Below are positions 21,101-30,225 of a DNA stretch of 64,000 nucleotides, piece by piece. This stretch comes from a virus, in the IMG/VR virus record IMGVR_UViG_3300036761_001135, positions 96,001 to 160,000 of that record. One strand, 5' to 3'. Positions within the stretch are counted from its first letter, which is position 1. Every line of letters starts with the position of its first letter. Under the pieces are notes generated by a model. The model saw only the letters and a program-made list of their open reading frames with translations. It was not told the DNA's origin and did not search any database. Position numbers and translations under genes: made by a program.

Positions 21101-22913
21101 CAGCGGGTACGTGGGGATCGGAGCCACCGCGCCTGACGCGAAGTTGCAGGTTGGAACTTGGATCGAGAACAACACCGTTGGCAATACGCCGACCGTTTTG
21201 TTTTGGGGAAATTCTCCTATGTCCGCGACCTCGGAGACGGTGTTGCGCTTGCAGCGTCCTGTGGCGTCTGGCGTGACCTATGGAGGCGGTGCGGATTTCA
21301 ATATTTACAGGTACACCACTGGAACGACAGCTCCATACACGCAGATGGATATCGCGCTGAAGGATGCCGTCTCGTACACGCAGACGGCCACGGTCAACGT
21401 GATCTCCATGCGAGATACCGGGGCAGTAGGCATCGGCAACATTACGCCAGACACGTTGCTCACTTTGGGCACGGCGGGCACGAAGGCGGGCGTGATCAAG
21501 ATCGCGGGCGGGACCAGTGGGGCGTGTACGGTGCGTGTCGCAGCGGCGGCGGGAAGCGGCACGATCTTCGAGTTACCCGCGACCAATGGCACCAACGGAT
21601 ATTTCCTCAAGACGGACGGAACGGGCGTGACCAGTTGGGCGGCGGCGGGGAGCGGGGGAACGCCAGGTGGTAGTGACACCTATGTGCAGTTCAACAACTC
21701 CAGTGCCTTTGGCGGTGACTCGAATTTCATCTGGGATAACACCAATAAGCGTGTGGGCGTGGGCGTGGCAACCACGCTGAATTATGAAATCCAGATCACG
21801 AAGGATTCGGCTGCGGCATCTTTTGCGGCATACGCTTTTGGTTCGACAGCGACTTATGTTCCAGAGATAAGGATGTTTCGGGCGCGTGGATCGTATGCGA
21901 GTCCGAGTGCTGTCTCTACCGGAGATGTACTTGGTCATTGGGGAGCATCAGGTTATGGAACTTCGTATTATATTCATACAGGGTCAATAGAGTTCATTGC
22001 TCGTGGTACGTATTCGTCTTCGTCTGGTTCTACCACTTTGCGTTTTATGAAGTCGCTAAGTGGTGCTGCTAGTGAATCATCTTATTTGCTCCACAACGTG
22101 GATAATCAGGCATTGTATACTTTAGAGGCGTATACATCTTATGACAGTTTCACTTTGAGCATGTCTTCGACTGAGTTTTTGCGTCCCACAGTAGTAGCAC
22201 AACGTACATGGGGTGGTACTACTAGTGCGGCGCGGGATGCAGCACTGATTGCGGTACATGGGTCGTCTTCGACAGCGAATGAGGGTGGATGGTTTTGGGC
22301 GATGCGATCTAGCGGGTTGACCTCGCGCAGTATCGTCACCAATGGCGATTCAGTGGGTGGTATCCAGGGGATCGCCTATTCGGGCAATTCGACGTATCCA
22401 TGGGTTCGCGTGGGTTCAATTGCGTTTGAGATGGACGGAACGTTGAGCACGACTGCGATGCCAAGTCGGATTACGTTCTGGACGGTGGCGTCGGGTGGAA
22501 TTGTGTTGTCGGAGCGCATTCGAATAGACAACGCGGGTAAGTTATATTCATATCAGATGTATAGTGGGTACACGATTGGTGGAACCAACAAGGCGGTGTA
22601 CGTCGATTCGACAGGGATGGTTGGCGTCCTTTCATCTTCTCTTCGGACCAAACAGGACGTCGTGGACATGGAGGACGTTGAGTGGATAGACCGGCTGCAT
22701 CCGGTGAATTTCTGCTATCGGTCGACGCCTGGGGTGAAGCAGTATGGCCTGATCGCGGAAGAGGTCGAGGGCGTGAACCGGGACATCGTCGGGTACGACT
22801 GGGAGGGGCTACCGGATAGCGTGAATTACGACAGGCTCGTTCCGGTGCTGCTCAAGGCAGTCAAGGATCTTCGGGGCGAGGTGCAACGATTACGGGCAGA
22901 ACTGTTGCCATAG
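18189..22913 (+). CDS. Long tail fibre with C-terminal intramolecular chaperone (peptidase S74)
   Basis: C-terminus SSLRTKQDV..LHPVNF.Y..GLIAEEV..VNYDRLVPVLLKAVKDL; fibre repeats shared with 15381. Confidence 0.9.
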   Translation: MGIQYDSANNQVVFSGDAYVKREAAGAIRLGNASTGLVASDHALFAAISTPTTPGSGLGRLFANGAGASDIYWLNSGGVAVSLTQSQTFSTLQGEPTGLPNRTDSTLSFNNTTREFTIAPAVTSFDVYSKGTKYTKSSAQTVTLTDVTGLHYVYFDASGVLQKATSTWDLGAGISPVATVYWNTDLDQGRIGEERHGLVMDWATHDYMHETLGSRYVNGLGGSFTNTTFTITDGVYRDEDIRHVPGQQTQCRVFRRDGSGNWTWGSKGTLYYVVQNTHLTYDNGGTLTETNSNDYVAVWFFVTNDPETPIYVIMGQRKDGNIADARNNNTYDQLSLTNLPAKEFKVLYRVILRDDASPYEEAQDLRSLAVVSSGTYVATDHNSLTNRTVLGSHPASAITVDVGAFTGFLTGTTSGQTAFATLDTHTHAPPTGDTKVIYNDGGAWAAANVYYTKANGYLGVGQATPGERLHLKDGSDNGAVVLGAHQNATAIAGTVEWTGTALRWYDGSTWKSAGIELTDPLLYKGAIDCSTNPNYPAADAGFTYRISVAGKIGGASGPNVEAGDMLVCHVDGSAAGTHAVVGANWDILQINLDGSVIGPTSATDSAVALFDSTTGKLIKNSLVTIDGSGSVNIPSGQSYKINGTALTAANVGAEPTLPLSTRGDLLYRNASNVTARLAVGTNEQVITTNGTDASWGAVPGRHDAVTLATSATTGGLGLSTQEISFQAASGSTNGYLTSTNWTTFNSKVSGAAGSNTEIQYNSSGAFAASSNLVWDNGNVRLGIGGAPQATLDVQAASAWIRAMGSTNPYISAQDTTNSCVAKIQALDTAVSVGAQSDHEVRFIVNNAAKMYLTTTGRLGINVAAPSYILHTSVDGRGDVQFDAHSASDDGTFLWLRRSGGTQASPAAVPSGHRLGNIAFAGYYDASNSSWGAVIQSMAYGLWSATNRGACLQFYTTTTGTTALTERMRIIDSGYVGIGATAPDAKLQVGTWIENNTVGNTPTVLFWGNSPMSATSETVLRLQRPVASGVTYGGGADFNIYRYTTGTTAPYTQMDIALKDAVSYTQTATVNVISMRDTGAVGIGNITPDTLLTLGTAGTKAGVIKIAGGTSGACTVRVAAAAGSGTIFELPATNGTNGYFLKTDGTGVTSWAAAGSGGTPGGSDTYVQFNNSSAFGGDSNFIWDNTNKRVGVGVATTLNYEIQITKDSAAASFAAYAFGSTATYVPEIRMFRARGSYASPSAVSTGDVLGHWGASGYGTSYYIHTGSIEFIARGTYSSSSGSTTLRFMKSLSGAASESSYLLHNVDNQALYTLEAYTSYDSFTLSMSSTEFLRPTVVAQRTWGGTTSAARDAALIAVHGSSSTANEGGWFWAMRSSGLTSRSIVTNGDSVGGIQGIAYSGNSTYPWVRVGSIAFEMDGTLSTTAMPSRITFWTVASGGIVLSERIRIDNAGKLYSYQMYSGYTIGGTNKAVYVDSTGMVGVLSSSLRTKQDVVDMEDVEWIDRLHPVNFCYRSTPGVKQYGLIAEEVEGVNRDIVGYDWEGLPDSVNYDRLVPVLLKAVKDLRGEVQRLRAELLP

Positions 22914-22995
22914 CAGGAGAGACACTGGTCTATTGAAAACGTGGCGCAATAGAATGGCTGCGTGATAACGTGGCGCAAGATGTCGGAGGTGTGTG

Positions 22996-23250
22996 ATGAG
23001 TTGGAGCGCAAGCGAGAAGAAGTGGGCCGAGGAGATGCTGCGTGGTTTTTACAGCGGCATGTCGAGTCAACCGGTGACGGCGCAGGACATCGACACGTTG
23101 GTGTTTGGGGCCGTCGAGGTGGATCGCAAGGCTGTGGCGACGGCCTACGCGCAGACCGTCATCAAGCCGCGCCTAGAGAACAGCCTGACGGCGTTGGACG
23201 ATCAGGCGGCGGTGGTAGAGGTAGAGATTGCGGAGATCCCGTCCTCTTGA
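22996..23250 (+). CDS. Hypothetical protein
   Basis: SD GGAGGT; follows the fibre gene. Confidence 0.6.
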   Translation: MSWSASEKKWAEEMLRGFYSGMSSQPVTAQDIDTLVFGAVEVDRKAVATAYAQTVIKPRLENSLTALDDQAAVVEVEIAEIPSS

Positions 23251-23299
23251 AATGGGGGGTCGGACGTTGGTGCAAGATGCACGTTGAAAGGGTGAGTTG

Positions 23300-23794
23300 A
23301 TGAAGTTGAAGAACGAGTTGTGTTTCGAGGGTGACGCGGTGATGGCAAAGGTCGAGAAGGTGAAGAACGTGCCAGTGGCCTGGGCCATGGCTCGAAACAG
23401 GGAGAAGTTGGAGAAGCCGTTGGCGGACGTGCGCAAGATGCTAGAGAGCACGGCGGCGATGAAGGCGTTGAATGAGGCGATCCAGAAGGCGGCGGAGGCG
23501 CACGCGGAGAAGAACGCGGACGGCAAGCCGAAGACCGAGATCGCGGATGATCGTGTGATGATGCGGTTGGCGGACACGGCGGGGTACACGGCGGCGGTGG
23601 AGGCCCTGCGGGCGTCTGAGGAGCACGCACAGGCCCTCGTGGACGAGAAGGAACTGAAGGAAAAAGAAACGGCCCTGCTGGCCGAGACTATCGACTGGGA
23701 GCCGTACAAGCTCAAGGTGGAGCGTTTGAAGGACGGCGACATGGACGGCGCGCAGATGCGCGTGCTGTTCAAGATGGGCATTTTGGAGGAGTAG
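23300..23794 (+). CDS. Hypothetical helical protein (possible fibre-associated chaperone)
   Basis: Lys/Glu-rich ORF downstream of the S74 fibre; function inferred from position only. Confidence 0.55.
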   Translation: MKLKNELCFEGDAVMAKVEKVKNVPVAWAMARNREKLEKPLADVRKMLESTAAMKALNEAIQKAAEAHAEKNADGKPKTEIADDRVMMRLADTAGYTAAVEALRASEEHAQALVDEKELKEKETALLAETIDWEPYKLKVERLKDGDMDGAQMRVLFKMGILEE

Positions 23795-23819
23795 CGCAAA
23801 CCACAAAGGAGGCGACGCC

Positions 23820-24143
23820 ATGGATCTAGTGAGCATCCTGATTACGCCACAGGTGTTGGCCATTGCGGCGGCGACGGTAGCGTTGATCTATTTCCTTGGC
23901 CAGATTCCGTTTCGGCGTAGCAAGTTAGTCAATGCTCGTTGGTGGCGTCGTCTCCTTCCACTTTTGCCGTTGGCCATGGGCGTTGGGATGGCGTTTTTGC
24001 CGGGGGTGTTACCGGCGGACGTGGCGCTGTCCAAGGGCTGGGGAACCAACGTCCTTGTGGGGCTATGGTCGGGCCTGGTAGCATCGCAGGGGCGCGCTGT
24101 ATTCAAGCGTCTTGTTGTGGATAAGCTCGAACCCAAGGAGTAG
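23820..24143 (+). CDS. Holin-like membrane protein
   Basis: 107 aa, about three hydrophobic segments, LPLLPL..G, GL.SGL motif and a basic C-terminus. SD AAGGAGG. Confidence 0.6.
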   Translation: MDLVSILITPQVLAIAAATVALIYFLGQIPFRRSKLVNARWWRRLLPLLPLAMGVGMAFLPGVLPADVALSKGWGTNVLVGLWSGLVASQGRAVFKRLVVDKLEPKE

Positions 24144-24185
24144 TCCTGGGGTCGATTACCCTGTACGCGGAAGGAATAGGGACAC

Positions 24186-26249
24186 ATGACGACCCTCAAG
24201 GAAATCTCCATTCCAGAGAATCAACTGAAGCTGCGGTGGCGCGAGCCCTATGTGACGGACGGCACCAACAAGGCGTTGGCGGTGTTGGATCCGGGGGCGT
24301 ACAGGGGCGGGTACGCACGGGAGACGGACCCGATCAGCACGTCGTTCCGCATTACGGCGGAGGGCGAGCAGGACAATTCTTTCTTGTGGGTGGACAAGGC
24401 CACGGGGACGGCGTTGTCGATACTGTACGGCACGGACGTGCTGGTCGATATGGCACCGCAGTTCTCCGGGCCTGGAGGCACGTTGCCGAGCGCGCAGACT
24501 TGGTACGTCTGGTTGGATTGTTCTTACAGCGTGGGTGTGGCGACCACGGGCAAGTTCTACGTGACGACTACGGCTCCGACCAGCGCGAATGCGGTGAAGA
24601 TCGCTCGCATCAACATGCCGAGCGGGGTGATGAGCATTTTGACCAGCTACATCGACTGGTCCACCTCGTACCGCACGGTGGCGCATGTGGATCGGCCGCT
24701 ATTGATCGCGAAGGCCGTGACGAAGTCGGTCTCCACCAACAAGTTCCAACTCTCGGGCAAGGTGTACCTGCCTGCTGGCACGGCCAACTGGGCGACGCGG
24801 GATTTCTATATCAATCTGCTGGGCGGATTGGGTCTGACCCGTTGGGCCTATGCAGGGGACGACGGGGCGCTGATCTGGGTTAAGAACGTGTGGGCGGACA
24901 GCGGCCTATCGGTGGCGGTTGGATCCGATTCCGAGGGGTTTATTGAAGATCCTTGGATCGAGCTGGACGTCTCGCAGACGACGGATCCAACTCCTCCGAT
25001 GTGTTATGTGCGGTACTGGACGCGAGGGACGATGCGCGACCTCGTGTTGGACGATCAGATCAAGTCGGACTGGTTGCCGCACGATCATGCGCTTTTGGTA
25101 TCGACGCGGGCGAAGGCTGGGTATCCGACTTCTCTCACGGCGGGGTCTGCACAGTCGCAGATCGAGGCGTTGCTGACGGCGGTTAATGAGCGGATTAGCG
25201 CGAAAGCACCAGAGTCGGCACCTGCCAGTCCGGTGTTGCTGTGGCGGTCGCACAACATCGCCAGCGACGCTCTGGTGACGGGCACGACGATCAGCATCTA
25301 CTGGGGCACCAACCTGGGCTTTGCGGTCATCGTGGGCGGGTACATCTCAGGGGGCAACGCGGTGCGGGCGCTGGTCAGCCCGGGGGACACGATGGTCCTG
25401 CTGCGCCTGCATGGGAACCTGGGGGCGGGGCCGGAGCTGCTGTCGAGTCCGGCGGCGGCGGGGGCCACGAGAGCTTGGAACATCGTGACCGACTGGACGG
25501 CGGGGCTGTACACGACAGATTTCTTCGGGGCTCCGCTGTTCAAGATGCCTGCGTTGATTGCGGAGATCCTCTTTGTGACCATGGGGATTACCCTGGACAG
25601 CTCGACGCTGTTGCTCACCAATCATGAGAGCTACATCTCTGGAAATCAGCCGGGCGTTGGTGGTCTGGACACCTACTGCAAGTTGTTCGAGTCTGCTGGG
25701 CTCGTGGTCAAGATGCGTTTGTACTACGGAAGTGGATATTTTTATATCACGTACAACGCGGAGTGGGTGCAGTCATCGGGAGGGTGGTATGAAGACGATG
25801 ATGGCGTAAATGCGATGGCGGTAGGCGTTAGCCTATACGATGGTGGTCCAGCACTGAAGGTCAGGACGAAGCGCAAGGTAAACTTTGGAGCTGGGTGGAC
25901 GGATTGGGATTCTGATTTGATGTATGGTGGAGATGTAGATGGATATTGTCGTGTGGCTCCAGTTGTGTCTGGAAATTACAAGGACATATGCAAGTGGTGT
26001 TTGTCGATTGCACCTGTTGCTGGAGCTGATGGAGTTTCTGCGCTCACGGCAGTTACTTATCATGCTGCGATCCCGACAATTCCAAACCTTTCCTCTGTAG
26101 ACGTCATAGATTCATATGGAACATGGGGATTAACACCGACGATTCTTCCAGATAGCATAGATGAGTATGGTCTTATGATTTATGGAACTGGAACGAGGCG
26201 TGCTGATGTAACGATTTGGTCGCATGGAAACGTGCGTATATTCGAATGA
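24186..26249 (+). CDS. Baseplate-anchored tail fibre
   Basis: N-terminus WREPY...N.....DPG.Y.G and INMPSGV..I....ID resembles, from memory, the anchor region of the phage P1 tail fibre S. Confidence 0.6.
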   Translation: MTTLKEISIPENQLKLRWREPYVTDGTNKALAVLDPGAYRGGYARETDPISTSFRITAEGEQDNSFLWVDKATGTALSILYGTDVLVDMAPQFSGPGGTLPSAQTWYVWLDCSYSVGVATTGKFYVTTTAPTSANAVKIARINMPSGVMSILTSYIDWSTSYRTVAHVDRPLLIAKAVTKSVSTNKFQLSGKVYLPAGTANWATRDFYINLLGGLGLTRWAYAGDDGALIWVKNVWADSGLSVAVGSDSEGFIEDPWIELDVSQTTDPTPPMCYVRYWTRGTMRDLVLDDQIKSDWLPHDHALLVSTRAKAGYPTSLTAGSAQSQIEALLTAVNERISAKAPESAPASPVLLWRSHNIASDALVTGTTISIYWGTNLGFAVIVGGYISGGNAVRALVSPGDTMVLLRLHGNLGAGPELLSSPAAAGATRAWNIVTDWTAGLYTTDFFGAPLFKMPALIAEILFVTMGITLDSSTLLLTNHESYISGNQPGVGGLDTYCKLFESAGLVVKMRLYYGSGYFYITYNAEWVQSSGGWYEDDDGVNAMAVGVSLYDGGPALKVRTKRKVNFGAGWTDWDSDLMYGGDVDGYCRVAPVVSGNYKDICKWCLSIAPVAGADGVSALTAVTYHAAIPTIPNLSSVDVIDSYGTWGLTPTILPDSIDEYGLMIYGTGTRRADVTIWSHGNVRIFE

Positions 26250-26259
26250 GAGGTGATCC

Positions 26260-26625
26260 ATGTTCATGAGCAGATTAACTGCAAATAGTATTACTGCGAA
26301 GTGCATGGCGTGTGAAACGTGGAGCGATTATGCACTATCGGATCTGAAGGCGGCAAATCGGTCGGTGTCGTTTCCAACCTGTCCGTCGTGTCAGAAGTCT
26401 ACGATGCAGGTGAATGTCATCCCTGGTCCGATCACAAAATCCGGCGATCCGGCGCTATCTCAGTCGTGGATCAAGGCGTTGCACCGACAGCTCATCGTTG
26501 CGGGTCATACGGCAGATATCTACAGCGCGGAGAAGGTGGCCTTAAACGCCCATGAGGGTGCTGTCGAATGGCCGACTGGCGATGCTGTGGTGGATTTCGT
26601 CGTGACGCCAGTGAGCGAGCCATAG
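26260..26625 (+). CDS. Zinc-ribbon hypothetical protein
   Basis: CMAC..CPSC; SD GAGGTG. Confidence 0.55.
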   Translation: MFMSRLTANSITAKCMACETWSDYALSDLKAANRSVSFPTCPSCQKSTMQVNVIPGPITKSGDPALSQSWIKALHRQLIVAGHTADIYSAEKVALNAHEGAVEWPTGDAVVDFVVTPVSEP

Positions 26626-26627
26626 AG

Positions 26628-26643
26628 GCGAACCCGGGTTCGC
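26628..26643. repeat. 16-bp palindrome, copy 4 (perfect, GCGAACCCGGGTTCGC)
   Basis: Intergenic. Confidence 0.9.
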
Positions 26644-26656
26644 GTGCAGGTGCAGA

Positions 26657-29077
26657 ATGACGGACGATCCAGGAAGCGGATTCTTTGGCAAGGGATATTG
26701 GGGGCGGCGTGTGCTGTGGGAGAACGTCCCTGTGCAGCATCGCAACCTCGACGTAGACGGATACCTTCAGCGGCTTTTGCAGGCGTATGGGGACACATTG
26801 GAGTCGTTCATCGCGCAGATCGCGGCGCTCCCGTTTCAGCGAGATCCATTTGATGCCAGGGCGGAAGAAAACCAAGAAGAGTGGTTTTACGTCACGGCCG
26901 CAGAGCGCTACACGGACCCGGTGCGAGGGGCGGTGACGCGTTTGATTGGAGAGCGAGATCCGTCGGAGAGTCCGGGCGCGGAGAATCCTTCCATGCCGGG
27001 ACCGTCGGAGCGATATCCGTGGGATCCATACGAGCCGATACAGCGGATTGCCAGATGGTGGAAGTCCATCATTCCGACTGTGGACGAGGCGACTGGGACA
27101 GAGGATCCGACCGAGTACGCGGTGGCGATGGTGCGGGCTCGCAACTTCGACGCTGGAGATCTGTACGACGTAGATCGGTCCATTGGGAACGAGGTATGGG
27201 TGGAGGGTGGCGACCTGACGTTGCCGATGTCCTTGCCCGCTGGCTGGCTCGTGTATGGCCCAACGATGCCGGGTGTGCCTGTGGGGTTAGGGGACGGAAC
27301 TGGGACGCCATCTGTGGCCATCCCTGGGCTTCACACGCGGTTTGAGCATGGGGACGGCACGGTGGCTGGCGCGTGTGTAGTGCTGGACGTGCCGACTCCG
27401 ACTGTTTTGAGGCTGTACGACAAGCCTGATGCGCCTGCGACGCTTGAGACCGGGGTGTTGTACCGCGAGGATCCGTTGGTTCCTGGATCGCTGGATCTTG
27501 TGAATCCGCTTGGTACGGTGGACTACTTCGGCGGCACGGTGGCCATTGATTTGTCGTCTCTTGTTTTGGCGTCGCACATACAGGGTGTCATTCGGGCGTT
27601 CTGGCAGGCGCGAGGGGTTTACTTGAGGTTTCTTCCTCCTCGCGTGTTGGACGTGCTTGCCAAGGACTACGGCTTTGAGAACGACCGGAACGATCCCGAG
27701 GACAGGCAGCGGGTGGCGATTGCGCATTTGCACCAATATTACGGTGTGAAAGGCGCGCAAGAAGCGTATCGAATTCGTGGAGAAATCAGCCTGTTCAAGG
27801 TCGAGGTGCAATCCTTGTGGCGCGTCTGCGATGCCGACTTGATCCTGGCGCTGCCAGAGGAGCACAGGTTTGAGTATGGCGGTCTGTTTTATTCGGATTT
27901 GACCCCGGTCATGCTGACCTTTGACGACATCGTGGCGGACGAGGAATACTACGATCCTGACGCGGCGGATTGGGTGACACTGCTGGACCGCGCGTTGCTG
28001 TATCAGTCCGATTCTTTCACGAGTGGCATGTCGCCGGCGTTGGCCTATGCAGTGGACGTGACGCAGGGGTATGAAGGGCCTGTGTCGTCTACGAATCCGG
28101 CTTTACGTGGCGCGGCCACGGTGGATAGCAGTACGCCATTGACGGCGGCCGAGGCGTTGGCGATGGGATTGCCAGGTGGCCATCGCGTGGTTGTTAGGAT
28201 GTTGCGCTGCCAGGCGGACGCCTTCAACTTTCGCAAGACGGCCTTCGGGCTGACGGAATATGACGCGTCGGAGTCTGAGCCACCGCTGTTGTCGGACCCA
28301 GTTTTTTGGATCGACCGAGAGGAGATTCCGTGGACGTTTGACGTGGCGGGATCGACACCGGAAGAGGACATCGGCCTTTGGACGATCATCATCGGCGTTG
28401 GGCTGGACGGGTCTGGGGATCCGCTTCCTGGTCCCGTGGTAGGCGGTGACGTGGCGGTGCGCTACGCGCCTGGAATGTCGATTAGTTGTTGTTGGTGCCC
28501 GAGCTATCGAGTGCGCGTGAGAATCGAGCCGTGGGAGGCACCAGACGGGACGTTCCCGGCCTACGCGCATTACGAGACGGACGCGGCGATGCAGGCGGCG
28601 GTAGATCGTCTCAAGGGAAAGATTCTCGACCAGCTTTTGCCGATCCATGTGCGCGTGGCCGAGTGGGTTGTCACCACTGAGTGGTCGGTGTTCATGGGTG
28701 GAATTCATGGCGGTGTGACGAGAACGTGGGACATCGTTGGCGAGTTTGCTGGGATGTCTGCTCGTGACGTGGTGCGTGTGACGTTGGAGCAGCGTGGGGA
28801 TTTGTTGGCGGTTGGAAAGACGCAGGAGATCTGGGCGCATATGTTACCGGCTGACGTGGCGTTGGTTCCTGCCGTGAATACTGGTTCTGTGCAGAGTGGG
28901 TACGCCGATCCAGACACTTGGTATCCGGTGGCAGGCTGGGAAGATGTGGATGTCACGGATTCGGTGGCTAGCTCGCCTGCGGATCATGATTTGCGGTTGA
29001 AGGCGAGCGCGGATGGGAGCGTAACCTACGGTGACGTTCGGTGGACATTCCGAGTGACACATAGCACGCTGGGTTAG
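26657..29077 (+). CDS. Baseplate wedge protein with a P2 gpI-like domain
   Basis: LDVLAKDYG...RQRVAI..L..YY.VKG and C-terminal LPIHV. Confidence 0.65.
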   Translation: MTDDPGSGFFGKGYWGRRVLWENVPVQHRNLDVDGYLQRLLQAYGDTLESFIAQIAALPFQRDPFDARAEENQEEWFYVTAAERYTDPVRGAVTRLIGERDPSESPGAENPSMPGPSERYPWDPYEPIQRIARWWKSIIPTVDEATGTEDPTEYAVAMVRARNFDAGDLYDVDRSIGNEVWVEGGDLTLPMSLPAGWLVYGPTMPGVPVGLGDGTGTPSVAIPGLHTRFEHGDGTVAGACVVLDVPTPTVLRLYDKPDAPATLETGVLYREDPLVPGSLDLVNPLGTVDYFGGTVAIDLSSLVLASHIQGVIRAFWQARGVYLRFLPPRVLDVLAKDYGFENDRNDPEDRQRVAIAHLHQYYGVKGAQEAYRIRGEISLFKVEVQSLWRVCDADLILALPEEHRFEYGGLFYSDLTPVMLTFDDIVADEEYYDPDAADWVTLLDRALLYQSDSFTSGMSPALAYAVDVTQGYEGPVSSTNPALRGAATVDSSTPLTAAEALAMGLPGGHRVVVRMLRCQADAFNFRKTAFGLTEYDASESEPPLLSDPVFWIDREEIPWTFDVAGSTPEEDIGLWTIIIGVGLDGSGDPLPGPVVGGDVAVRYAPGMSISCCWCPSYRVRVRIEPWEAPDGTFPAYAHYETDAAMQAAVDRLKGKILDQLLPIHVRVAEWVVTTEWSVFMGGIHGGVTRTWDIVGEFAGMSARDVVRVTLEQRGDLLAVGKTQEIWAHMLPADVALVPAVNTGSVQSGYADPDTWYPVAGWEDVDVTDSVASSPADHDLRLKASADGSVTYGDVRWTFRVTHSTLG

Positions 29078-29092
29078 ATAGAGGAGGTTGGC

Positions 29093-29923
29093 ATGGCGTT
29101 CGGGTTCATCGGCAAGCTCACTGAAGCAATCATGAACGGGCCGGAGGGCGCGGACAGCGCGAGCATGTCGATCTTGGGGATCGATTCGACTGACCCAAAG
29201 GGCAGCACGGTGATTTTGCCGGAGCGGACGTTTCAGTTCTGGCCGGAGAGCATCCAAGACAGCATCGAGATCGGGTGGCAGTTCAAGGACATTCCGGGCG
29301 GCTCGCATGCTCTGGCGCAATGGGGAAGTAACAACGGTCGCACGATCAGCTTTGAGGTACGGTTGCACCGTTTCATGAAGCCGGTGGACGACCGCACCAT
29401 CTTTGAGAAGATTATGGACCCGATTGGGCTGACGACGCCTGGCCAGCAGTATCTGAAGGACATGCGTCCGCACAACGTGGATATCGAATCTGAAATCCGC
29501 TACCTGAGAGCGTTCTGCTACCCGAGCTACGCTGTGGACAATGTGTCCGGTAGCACGGTTTCGTATTCACCTCCGGTGGCTATGCTGTGCGTGCCTGGAG
29601 TTGGTCTGAACGAGTTGGGAAGCCACACCATCATGGCCGTGATGACGGGCTGTGATGTTACCTACAATCTGTTGTTTCCAAATGGGAAGCCGCGCAACGC
29701 TACGGTAGCGCTCACGTTCAAGCAGATCGTCCAGAAGGCTGATGTTGGCGTGATGTGGAGGGGGATTGGCAAGGACGCGGCCATCAATGGGTACAAGCAC
29801 CGCATTCCAGACATCGGCTACAATGTAAATGCCTACACGGCGGGCAATGCCAAGAGTGCCAAGGAGCCCTGGACGGGCGCTGGAGGCGTGCTCAACAAGA
29901 TTGACACGAAGGGGACGACCTGA
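29093..29923 (+). CDS. Tail tube initiator-like protein (CIS tube/gp48-gp54 type)
   Basis: FQFWPESI.....W....IPGGSH...QW.....RTISF and VTY...FPNGKPR.A.V.LTF. Confidence 0.7.
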   Translation: MAFGFIGKLTEAIMNGPEGADSASMSILGIDSTDPKGSTVILPERTFQFWPESIQDSIEIGWQFKDIPGGSHALAQWGSNNGRTISFEVRLHRFMKPVDDRTIFEKIMDPIGLTTPGQQYLKDMRPHNVDIESEIRYLRAFCYPSYAVDNVSGSTVSYSPPVAMLCVPGVGLNELGSHTIMAVMTGCDVTYNLLFPNGKPRNATVALTFKQIVQKADVGVMWRGIGKDAAINGYKHRIPDIGYNVNAYTAGNAKSAKEPWTGAGGVLNKIDTKGTT

Positions 29924-30168
29924 TGGGCATCAAGGCACAGCCGACGCAGTCTACCCACGCGAACTCGGGTTCGTCTATGCCTCCAATATCGCCGGACGCG
30001 CATGCGCTCACGATGGAGGACGCGCTGGTCATGGTGATCTTCCCGCAGGCGACGTGGGATGCTGTTTTGCAGTTGGCGAAGGAGTTGAACGTCGCGCCGG
30101 CCGAGGCGTTAGGTGCGGCGATCAAGCTGCTTCGGGCGCGTGTAGACGAGGAGACGAGTCACGGATGA
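29923..30168 (+). CDS. Hypothetical protein
   Basis: TGATG overlap with the previous gene; the start may be later (29977). Confidence 0.45.
   Translation: MGIKAQPTQSTHANSGSSMPPISPDAHALTMEDALVMVIFPQATWDAVLQLAKELNVAPAEALGAAIKLLRARVDEETSHG
29959..29974. repeat. 16-bp palindrome, copy 5 (GCGAACTCGGGTTCGT)
   Basis: Read directly; variant. Confidence 0.75.
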
Positions 30169-30225
30169 TGGTGACGCACCGCTGGACCGTGACCAGGCGT
30201 CGCGGTCGGGCAGGAAGAGGGCCGC

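Noticed and set aside
15381-26249. Diversity-generating retroelement or invertible fibre cassette
   Set aside because: No reverse transcriptase, no TR/VR pair differing at adenines, and no invertase or inverted fibre segments were seen.
1370-29923. Extracellular contractile injection system or T6SS instead of a phage
   Set aside because: The baseplate genes are CIS-like, but the tape measure, S74 fibre, holin-like gene, antirepressors, Dam and many small early genes indicate a phage. Head genes are not in this window, so this is not formally excluded.
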